Source of the DNA: an uncultured bacterium
GTDB lineage: Bacteria > Chloroflexota > UBA5177 > JANWHV01
NCBI GenBank assembly: GCA_963827235.1
Contig: CAWHAE010000012.1
Coordinates: forward strand, 1,408,001-1,472,000
DNA length: 64,000 nucleotides
Direction of reading: 5' to 3'
A program made the translations under genes and the position numbers. The notes beneath the pieces were generated by a model, which ran no database searches, was not told where the DNA came from, and was given only the letters and a program-made list of their open reading frames with translations. Below, one piece after another: positions 58,401 to 64,000 of the stretch (position 1 is its first letter; each line of letters begins with the position of its first letter).

Positions 58401-60216
58401 AGTTGGCGACGTGTGCAAGGTAGGGATCCCCAACGTGCGAGGCCGCCTCGTCCGCCGTAAGCTCATCCAGCAACGACCAGTGCGCCAGGGGACGAAGCAG
58501 CCGGTCGCACTCCTCGAGCACGTGCCGGAAGACCGGCTCATCCTGCAGAAGCTCTCTCCCCATGCCCCACCATTGGGGACCCATCCCGGGGAAGATGAAC
58601 GCAACCTTTGACTTCTTGCTTCGCGTGCGTCGCCCCACGGCAATATCGGCCCTTTGTTCACCCGACAGGTAGCCATTCAGGCGGTCGAGGAATCCCTCGC
58701 GAGAGCTTGCCACGACGGCGAGGCGGTAGTCTAGATGGCTCCGGCGAGCCGCCGCTGTGTAGCACAGGTCACGTAACGAGAAGGCGTTGTCGCCGAGCAG
58801 AAGATCCCGGTACTGGTCCGCCAGGCACCGAAGCGCCTCCGGGCTCTGCGCCGAGATCGTGAGGATGCACGGATCGGAATCAGCTGTGCCGCAGGGTGCC
58901 GTTGCAGACGCCGGAGGCTCCTGCAGGATCACGTGCGCGTTGGTGCCGCCGAAACCGAATGAATTGACCCCGGCGATCGCCGGGCCAGGCGTCGAGGGCC
59001 AGGACTCCAGGATCGTCGGAACACGCAGACGCAGCTCGGCGAAGGCGATCGACGGGTTTGGCTCTCGAAAGTGGAGGCTCGGCGGGATTCGCCGGTGTTT
59101 CAGGGCGAGAGCGGTCTTGATCAGCCCTGCTATGCCCGAAGCGGCCTCGAGGTGACCAATATTGGTCTTCACCGATCCGACGAGGCACGGGGCATCTTCG
59201 GCGCGACCAGCGGCGAAGACATTGCCCAAAGCTGTCGCCTCGATCGGGTCTCCCACGCGCGTGCCTGTGCCGTGGGCTTCCACATACTGGACGGCGGACG
59301 GTACAATCCCGGCAGTGCGGAGCGCGCTCTGGATCATCTCCGCCTGTGCAGCCATGCTTGGCACGCTCATGCCCGGTGTACGCCCGTCCTGATTGACGGC
59401 AGCGCCGCGAATGACCGCGTAGATCGGATCGTGGTCGTCGATTGCCCTGGCCAGCGGCTTAAGGATGACCGCACCTGCGCCTTCACTCCGGACATAGCCG
59501 TCCGCACGAGCATCGAACGTCTTGCAGCGCCCATCTGGCGCGAGCATTGACGCCTTGCAGAACCCGATCGTGGGCTCAGGGGAGAGCAGCGCGTTCACAC
59601 CACCGACGATGGCCAAGTCGCAGTCGCCGCTTGCCAGGCTCTGGCAGGCCAGGTGCACGGCAGTGAGCGACGAGGAGCAGGCGGTATCGACGGCGAGACT
59701 CGGTCCCCGGAAGTCGAACTGGTAGGAGATGCGGTTCGCGGCCATACTGGCGGTGCCTCCGGAATTGGAGTGCGCGTCGATCAGGTGACGGTTGCCCGGC
59801 TGCGCCTGAATATCGCTGTAATCGTGTGACGAGATGCCGACAAAGACGCCCGTCCTCGTGCCAGCAAGGCGATCTGGAACCAGTCCCCCGTCTTCCAGGG
59901 CTTCCCAGACCACCTCGAGCAGAAGGCGCTGTTGCGGATCGATGTGCTGCGCTTCGCGTGGGGCAATACCGAAGAACAAAGGATCGAACTGATCGATCGC
60001 ATCGAGGAAGCCGCCCCATCGTGTGTAGAGCTTACCGGGCTTCCCCAATTCGGAATCAAAGACTGCTTCGGCGTCGAAGCGGCCCGGCGGCATCTCCGTG
60101 ATGGCGTCTACTCCGTTGCGCAGGAGCGTCCAGAACTGCTCCGGGGTATTGGCGCCCCCGGGAAACCGACAGCCGATGCCGACGATCGCGACGGCGCCAG
60201 GCAGGGACTTGGGCAT
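49477..60216 (-). CDS. hybrid type I PKS-NRPS, KS-AT-DH-cMT-ER-KR-ACP-C-A-T (3579 aa)
   Basis: KS DTACSSS/HGTGT/NIGH; AT GHSSG; DH HSIEHSVVFP; MT LEIGAGLG; ER IHAAAGGVG; KR GGLGGFG/LDD/NYAAAN; ACP GFDSL; C HHLICDS; A YTSGSTGRPKG/YRTGD; T FFDLGGHSL. Confidence 0.96.
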   Translation of the reverse strand: MPKSLPGAVAIVGIGCRFPGGANTPEQFWTLLRNGVDAITEMPPGRFDAEAVFDSELGKPGKLYTRWGGFLDAIDQFDPLFFGIAPREAQHIDPQQRLLLEVVWEALEDGGLVPDRLAGTRTGVFVGISSHDYSDIQAQPGNRHLIDAHSNSGGTASMAANRISYQFDFRGPSLAVDTACSSSLTAVHLACQSLASGDCDLAIVGGVNALLSPEPTIGFCKASMLAPDGRCKTFDARADGYVRSEGAGAVILKPLARAIDDHDPIYAVIRGAAVNQDGRTPGMSVPSMAAQAEMIQSALRTAGIVPSAVQYVEAHGTGTRVGDPIEATALGNVFAAGRAEDAPCLVGSVKTNIGHLEAASGIAGLIKTALALKHRRIPPSLHFREPNPSIAFAELRLRVPTILESWPSTPGPAIAGVNSFGFGGTNAHVILQEPPASATAPCGTADSDPCILTISAQSPEALRCLADQYRDLLLGDNAFSLRDLCYTAAARRSHLDYRLAVVASSREGFLDRLNGYLSGEQRADIAVGRRTRSKKSKVAFIFPGMGPQWWGMGRELLQDEPVFRHVLEECDRLLRPLAHWSLLDELTADEAASHVGDPYLAHVANFAIQIALAELWRSWGIIPDAVIGHSSGEMAASCVAGALDLPDAVRLAFHRGRLQQRTSGTGVMLAAGVSHDAALALISGCEDRVSVAAVNSPNSVTLSGTADLLARIADQLERQHLFCRRLPVTVPYHGPQMDAIREEFLESIQGLRPNAPVIPIISEVTGRRSDGPDFDSGYWWQNVRNPVLFAKAVDQLIDDGFGTFVEVGPHPVLAASILECLANRGQSGVVLPSLRQRESERTVMLRTLGSLHVRGCQVSWSTLYLEGTCVPLPTYPWQRERYWLDTGAPDAASEYRPAGVDSGHPLLGHRLRSVRPVWEVDMSASQLSYLDDHSIEHSVVFPGAAYVEMMLAAAREIGLGDSASIEDVELSKMLVLPRRDDVLLQAVIEPARSSIEIHSAMRTRNAPAWTLHAAGRLRRMAAPAPARLDLSAIAARCPDYLSPDALYTASEARGLRYGETFRCIAEARLGSAEALARIVLPAAVAAQAQSYRIHPCLLDAAFQALLGPALSAAGVVGENSTCVIAAVHRLQFYLPPGEGPFWAHARLSGSGDAARTGTVLLADDDGNVVLTCDGLRFTVLERSGPAARPIDDEGLYRLVWEHTPLRPPAARHAMALHGPSEIRACVQLPFDRMARDRGSDAYYAEVEPRLNHLAARFALAALTELGWDDHSAAELSLDALAESLGVVRPHRQMFARLVEIVRDDRNLVDNIVAPGAKSGRVQELADALLAAYPHYSAIIASIRRSGEPLAVVLRGDADAHEFLFGPEAIESLAALYEQSPPILLYNMLAAEAIAAATNDASSDARLRVLEIGAGLGGATAATLPQLHHGSLEYVFSDVSPFFLARAQKKFGDKTGMRFGLLDIEHDPVAQHFEAHSFDVVLAANVLHATADLSTALRNIQRLLAPGGILVLEELTRRSPWLDVVFGGLDGWWSFTDAGIRSSHSLLSADAWQNLLESTGFDDVVRLSEPAQDGGTAQTVFLARTRAASQRWLVFADRGGVGTRLAEALAARGDECSCVYTGEHFSQRVDGTFEIRPREEDVAHLLRRWRLPGGVRHGLLHLWSLDAPPPAEWTAATLMEAQRTGCGSVLEIVHALERSTEPPPELWLITAGSQDVSGQRDPVNVAQAPLWGLGHVIMSEEPGLHCRLVDLSPSCTADETAALVGELQGDDFEEELTLRGEQRLAQRVEHASIRQPSGTTTSKEVPTETASFRVSLATRGVLETVCLAEVPYQPPGPGEVAIRMVTGGLNFKDVLLALGELSPSATAGTAKGGIGVECAGIVLECGNGVEDLHPGDEVVALGYDGFASRVIAPADLVAPKPSHLSFEEAATIPVAFMTAHYALNHLARVASGERVLIHAAAGGVGHAAIQICRRVGAEIFATAGTPEKRTYLRSLGIEHVLDSRSLAFADEVLELTNGEGVDVVLNSLAGEAIEKGLHVLRIGGRFVEIGKRDVLADSTIGLLPFSRGLAFFAVDLDLLARERPLLARSLLLEVLALTAQGMLQPLPYRTLDLSEVEAAYRLMLEARHIGKLVLTLRQPRYRVQSRHEPQSMCLPDATYLIAGGLGGFGLATAHWLVGQGARHIVLMSRSGAPKDDATALQSLQSTPTEIVLARGDVGSEEDMDRVLARIRSTMPPLRGVIHAAMVLDDDLLLRLDHERLATAMYSKIAGTWNLHCHTLCDHLDFFILYSSISSVAGHPLQGNYAAANAFLDAFAAYRRALGLPSLTVNWGALTGAGYLFRHPDLLEHLRRAGLESVTVEWALAKLPGLLTSGLTQAIVARINWREWVQRHQGAAALRRYERVLAATDRSDIGLAGESGSSVHARLLHAASDQRRSLLEDHITSRAARILGSTARKVSRDRPLTEMGFDSLMAVELISVLSAELGIQISVVQLLQGISIEDLTDTVLAQLVVDPAPTEKMQPNADKPAGFPLSCEQRRLWFLQQLDPGSVAYNIPLDTRIRGALDLAALERSLSEAVRRHEILRTGFVSVDGEPAQFVVPAMPFKLQTVDLSMLAPDKHEAEIYQLARCAFEAPFDLGRPPLLRAKVLRLAETKHVVLMTIHHLICDSTIGVLLLRDIASHYEAFVGGNLSPLSEPSYQYQDYVRWQQQRLQDPAMESQLTYWKERLAGAPTTLRLPIDRPRSVVRTPDGGTHYMELSSHLHKALQDLSRREGVTLFMTLLAAYQTLLHRYSGDGDISVGTPILTRGAPGTETAIGCFMNTLVLRTDLAGNPTFRELLARVRVVTLGALAYQDVPFERVVAALQPRRGLEQMPLIQSMMILHNLRLQEMKMADLELSALNIETGTSLFDLTLFFELDAGLSARLVYSTDLFDTETIERMAGHLSTLLEGIVEQPERHISDLPLLTTPERRRMLRDWNATEADLGEAKCMHKLFEAQVEATPDAVALVHDGGCLTYGALDRWANQLANRLRRLNVGLGDLVAICLDPSPELLASIIGCHKVGGAYLPLDPGDPEHYRALILQDAQPRVLLTQARLAAPLSVPGMEVLALAEEQGMIRKESTDRPLVDATPDHLAYVIYTSGSTGRPKGVMVPHRAICNQVRWRQMAFPLSATDAVLQRTPITFDPSVWELLGPLSVGARIVLPRPGGHRDPAYLTALIAASAVTAMQVVPSVLEMLLETPGFAACHSLRRVFCGGEVLRPNLQDRFHALSAATLTNLYGPSEATIDTTSWTCRRGDGRRTVPIGRPIVNTQVYMVDANLQPVPIGVPGELLIGGAGLAVGYLNRPELTAERFIPMPFADAPGERLYRTGDMARFLPDGTIEFRGRLDHQIKNRGMRIEPAEIATALLDHPAVRDAEVVAVRQRADSEQQLVAYLVVDGSHAPDDVQLRRFLRERLPSPMIPAAFVHLEMLPRLSNGKIDQSMLPPPDREQTGVYDGYVAPRDAVETELAGIWESLLDVRPIGTMSDFFDLGGHSLLAVRMLARMEKRLGAAVSLSQLYEGPTIERLAGIFRAQREPRNPAT

Positions 60217-60310
60217 GCTCAGGTTCCTCCCGCGGGCTAGGTTTCGTATCCGTCAGCCAGGAGACGGTCCCCACCGGGGGTACGAAGAATGCACGATCTG
60301 GTCAGTCACC

Positions 60311-60343
60311 TGTGTGCCTGCCGCGCTCCACGACAGGCACACA
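60311..60343 (-). terminator. 10-bp hairpin between the secreted-protein gene and the PKS-NRPS
   Basis: TGTGTGCCTG / CAGGCACACA with a 13-nt loop, just after the 60356 stop. Confidence 0.45.
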
Positions 60344-60355
60344 TTGACAGACACA

Positions 60356-61042
60356 TCAGCTACCGGCGTTCCCCGCCACGACGAAGGCACCTGCTACGTT
60401 GAAGGTTGCGCGAGGCGCCGTCTTATCCAGGCGTACGCCCTGACCGGTGACGACCATCGCTTCCTGCAGCCCGACGCGGCCGAGGCTGTAGGTGCCCCCG
60501 AGCAAGGTGAAAGACTGCGCAGACGTCTGCGAGGTGTCGCCCATGAGCGTCAAGATCCCCTGGTTCGGGGCCTGGACGTTGACAATGCTCTGCTGGCGCG
60601 TCGTGAGCTTGGCAATCGGCGTGCCCCGCTGAAACGATGTGGGCGTCTTGAAGCTGGCTCCCCCCGACGCATTCGCGTAGAACGTGAGTGCTCCCACCGA
60701 CGATAACTCAAAGAGGGTGCCGAGGACAGAGCGGGCTATCAGCTTGCCCGGCGCATAGTAGGTGAAGCGAGCCGTGGCCTCCGAGTGAACTACAGGGTCT
60801 GAGAACAGCACTGAATCCGGAAGGCCCCGGATATACGTGATGTAGCCGTAGGACGAGAAGTCACCGCCGTTCTGGTCGATCATGCCGACAGATTCGATGG
60901 CGTGCTGCCCCACGGCGCCCATTCCGATCGACACGGTTTCCCGGCCGGGCGAGGCGTGGGCCGGAACCAGGCTGGCTGAGCCGAATAGGAGCGCGGCGGC
61001 GGCAAGCGATGCAATGGGCCTGACCGTCAACAAATTCTTCAT
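60356..61042 (-). CDS. secreted hypothetical beta-rich protein
   Basis: MKNLLTVRPIASLAAAALLFGSASLVPAHA signal peptide; AAGGAG RBS; first gene ahead of the PKS-NRPS. Confidence 0.8.
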   Translation of the reverse strand: MKNLLTVRPIASLAAAALLFGSASLVPAHASPGRETVSIGMGAVGQHAIESVGMIDQNGGDFSSYGYITYIRGLPDSVLFSDPVVHSEATARFTYYAPGKLIARSVLGTLFELSSVGALTFYANASGGASFKTPTSFQRGTPIAKLTTRQQSIVNVQAPNQGILTLMGDTSQTSAQSFTLLGGTYSLGRVGLQEAMVVTGQGVRLDKTAPRATFNVAGAFVVAGNAGS

Positions 61043-61373
61043 GCTAGGGCTCCTTGTGTGCTGAAATAGTGGGTGAACGCGGCACGGAACAACAGACCGA
61101 TACTCTTGAGATCCTGAAACGGCGGGAGAGCGTGAGTTGCACGATCACGCCAGTTCGTCTGTCGAGTCGAGGTGCGGTAACGCGGCATAAAGTCCATTAT
61201 GGAGCGCTACGCTTAATAATCAACAATGGCGGTGAGCGGAGTAGGACCGGTCTGGCGGCGGCGAGTAGGCAACGACGGAGGGCCTGTGCTGTGGCTCGCG
61301 TCTGCAGGATGCAACCGCGTTGGCGTAGCTGGCCCGAAAATCCGGATGGAATAGGACAGCCGGGCAGATCTCC

Positions 61374-61901
61374 TCATGAGCGCACGGGGACGGCGAGGTT
61401 GCGCACCATCCGCACCCGGCCATTGTCATAGTCCGCGATGTACTGGTTGCCTGCTCCATCGATAGCCACGGCGACAGGGTGATTCAAGGACGCCTTCGTC
61501 GCGGGACCACCGTCACCGCTAAAGCCTTGCCGGCTGGTCCCCGCCACCGTCGTGATGACGCCGCTGCCGGCATGTATCTCGCGCACGCGACCGCTGTCTC
61601 CATCGGCAAGAAACAGGTTGCCTGCTCCGTCCAGTGCCATGCCCAGTGGGTCCGGCAATGCCGCTCGGGTCGCCGGGCCGCCGTCCCCGCCAAAGTGATT
61701 GTCACCGGTGCCGACCACCTTGGTGATGGTGCGGCTACCCGCGTGTACCTCCCGTATCACGTCGTTCCCGGTGTCCGCCAAGTACAGATTGCCGCTATTA
61801 TCGATGGCCACTGTCGCAAATGTCACCTCGCCGCCGAACAGCTCCGCCTTTGTGGCCGGACCTCCATCGCCACTCGTGCCTGGGTCGCCGTCGCCGGCCA
61901 C
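61374..61901 (-). pseudogene. 5'-truncated NHL-repeat protein (GDGGPAT-type repeats)
   Basis: Three repeats VAGxG..GxxGDGGPATxA.L..P..A.D.AGNLY.AD; begins mid-repeat at the repeat junction with no RBS or N-terminus. Confidence 0.75.
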
Positions 61902-61921
61902 GTACCGGACCGCGACGACCA

Positions 61922-62087
61922 GTGTTAGGGTGCTGAGACGAAGCGCAGCCAGGTGCGCCCATCATCACTGCTTCGATAGACTCCCTGCGCGGCCCCCGCG
62001 TAGGCGGTGCGACCGTCGGGGGCCGCGAGCAGCGCCCAGACCTGCGGGTCGTCGTTCCTCGCGTGCCGGGCACCGGTGCCCAGCTCC
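61922..62087. repeat. ~166-bp direct repeat, right copy
   Basis: Near-identical to 46895-47061 but one base shorter near 62060. Confidence 0.95.
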
Positions 62088-62633
62088 GTCCACCGTCCGT
62101 CGACCGATACAGCAGTGAAACCGAACTGAGCAGCAGCGTATTGGTAGCGGACAGTCCGACGATGGCCACCGGGACACCTCGCACAGGCACTTGACGTCCC
62201 CAGTGTGCGCCGCCATCGACTGACTGGAAAACCGAACCCTCCAGGAGGAGCATGCCCCAGGTTGCAAGAAGCTGGTTGCCGGCCCACGGGACGGCAAAGA
62301 GTGTCGCCAGGTCAGTGGGCACGTGGTGCAGGATGCTGCCCGCCACGTGCCAGGTCTGCCCATCGTCGGACGACTTGAGCAGGACGAGCGGGCTCTTCTG
62401 ACCGGCGCCAGGCACCACCGCGGCGACGAACGTGCCGTCGGCCAGGGCGACCACGCCAGGGGCGTAGGCCAATCTGGGACCGACCGGTTGCCAGGATCGA
62501 CCTGCATTTGTGCTTCGCGCGAGGCCCTGCGCGCAGAGAGGCTTGGCCAGGAGCTGATCCTGCGGGCAGTAGAAGGCGAGCACGAGGGTGCCGCGTGGAG
62601 AGGATGCGCCACGCGCGAAAGACCATCACTCAT
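61925..62633 (-). pseudogene. decayed BNR/Asp-box repeat (sialidase-like propeller) protein
   Basis: Asp-boxes RSTNAGRSW, KSSDDGQTW, QSVDGGAHW, RSTDGGRSW, RSSDDGRTW; frameshift near 62060 and a broken 5' end. Confidence 0.78.
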
Positions 62634-62870
62634 TCCCCCAATCAGCCGCGATCTAGCCGTGAACGGTTCGCTACAAGCAGTCCCGTAACCCAGGGGATCT
62701 CAGATCGAGACAGCGACCACCGCCCAAACAGTGCATCCCGGTTTGAGCGTCGACGGTGTCGGGCACGAGCCATGGGCCCACGAGCGCCAAGCAGGCTGAG
62801 GGCGTCGTTGGACCCAGAGGGCGCGGCCCTCAGGTGGATGCTTCGGAGATGTGGGACCGCGAGCGGCCGG

Positions 62871-64000
62871 TCACGAGAGCGAATACCACGTGCCGCCTAC
62901 CTCGAACTTGTGATACAGGCCGTGGTCCGTGCCGATCACGAACAGATCGACTCTATAGCCGCCAGCGCCACCATGTCTGCCGCCGAAGTAGTCGCTCACG
63001 GCGCTCAGGTCACCGACTGTTTGACCACCAAGGTTTTCGAATGAGGTCGTTCCCGGGTGCCAGCTGGTGCCGTCCCAATACTTATCATAGACCGCGTGAT
63101 CGGTTCCCTCGGCCAGGACGTAGAGGTTGTTCGCGAAGACGACCTGTGGATTGCCGCTCAGGTGCCCGCCCAAGTTCTCAAAGCCGTGGGGAGATGGTGC
63201 CCACGCTCCGGCGTACGGGTTGTAGTACTTGTGATAGAGTGCCTCGTCGGTGCCCACAATGAACACGTCCAGGCGCTGGTACACAGACCAATTGGTCGCC
63301 ACCGTGGGCTGTCCCACAATGATCCCGCCGAGGTTCTCATAGCCCGTTTCCGATGGGAGCCACGTCTCTCCGCCATTCGAGTATTTGTGGTACAGCGCAT
63401 TATCGGTGCCGACGATGAAGAGGTCGATCCGCCCAGGGGCCGAGGAAACCACGGTAGGATCGCTGATCGTGATGCCGCTCAGGTCCTCATACGATTGCTT
63501 CGAAGGGAACCACGCCGTGCCGTCGAACGACTTGCGGTAGACGGCATCATCGGTGCCCACCACAAAGACGTCAAACCTGCCGGCACCCGTGGTCACGGCG
63601 GCCGGATTGCCGACCACGATGCCGCCGAGGTCCTCGTAGCCGGTCTGCGACGGTTGCCATGCGGCACCGTCGTAATACTTGTGGTACAGCGCATGATCCC
63701 CGCCCACGACAAACACGTCGAGCCGATTCGGACCATCGTGGATGACCGCCGGCTTGCCCAACACATAGCCGCCCAGGTCTTCGAAGCCGCTGGCCGGCTG
63801 CCAGCCGGCAGGCGTCAAGATCTTGTGGTACAGGTGATGATTTGTCCCGACGATGAAGGTGTCGACGCGGTTCGTCTCCCCAATGCTCACGGGAGCGCCG
63901 ATAAAGTTGCCACCCAGTGCCTCGTAGGCAAGTGTCGCCGCGTGCCCTGGAGTGGCCGCGCCTGCCGATAATACGCTCCCCAGTAGTACGCCGAGGGCAA
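62871..64000 (-). CDS. secreted seven-repeat beta-propeller, PLL-like lectin family (start lies beyond the window)
   Basis: Seven repeats RxDxFxVGTDxALYHKYxxGxxWxPSxxGYExLGG; the frame is open to the window edge with a signal-peptide end ALGVLLGSVLSAGAATPGHA. Confidence 0.82.
   Translation of the reverse strand, partial: ALGVLLGSVLSAGAATPGHAATLAYEALGGNFIGAPVSIGETNRVDTFIVGTNHHLYHKILTPAGWQPASGFEDLGGYVLGKPAVIHDGPNRLDVFVVGGDHALYHKYYDGAAWQPSQTGYEDLGGIVVGNPAAVTTGAGRFDVFVVGTDDAVYRKSFDGTAWFPSKQSYEDLSGITISDPTVVSSAPGRIDLFIVGTDNALYHKYSNGGETWLPSETGYENLGGIIVGQPTVATNWSVYQRLDVFIVGTDEALYHKYYNPYAGAWAPSPHGFENLGGHLSGNPQVVFANNLYVLAEGTDHAVYDKYWDGTSWHPGTTSFENLGGQTVGDLSAVSDYFGGRHGGAGGYRVDLFVIGTDHGLYHKFEVGGTWYSLS

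Noticed and set aside
46895-62087. Composite transposon or prophage reading of the repeat-bounded block
   Set aside because: The repeats are direct and derived from coding sequence; no transposase, integrase, tRNA target or phage genes in the window.

Overview
High-GC bacterial DNA whose gene content and style suggest a Chloroflexota/Actinomycetota-like soil organism (inference). The left third is metabolic: the 3' end of menA, then menE; a complete narK-narGHJI respiratory nitrate reductase operon with divergent mobA and an Fnr/Crp-type box at the class II position; a tandem two-domain ADP-ribosylglycohydrolase; and a LacI-controlled fructosamine cluster (frlB, frlD, sugar ABC binding protein and two permeases). 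The frl promoter/operator and the first ~128 codons of frlB are duplicated in front of an MFS gene. The middle holds EamA, DinB, a sugar-dehydrogenase-like propeller, SnoaL, an aldo/keto reductase and an ABC-2 exporter. From ~30 kb on the DNA is accessory. Two XRE-HTH/STAND-ATPase/TPR regulators have near-identical HTH and upstream DNA but divergent sensor regions, and sit among paralogous secreted proteins that share a phased TGGGTG promoter motif. A single-module KS-AT-DH-cMT-ER-KR-ACP-C-A-T PKS-NRPS cluster (P450, PPTase, no release domain) is bracketed by a ~167-bp direct repeat. Several single-base frameshifts fall only in the accessory part. I found no rRNA, tRNA, CRISPR array or transposase/integrase.
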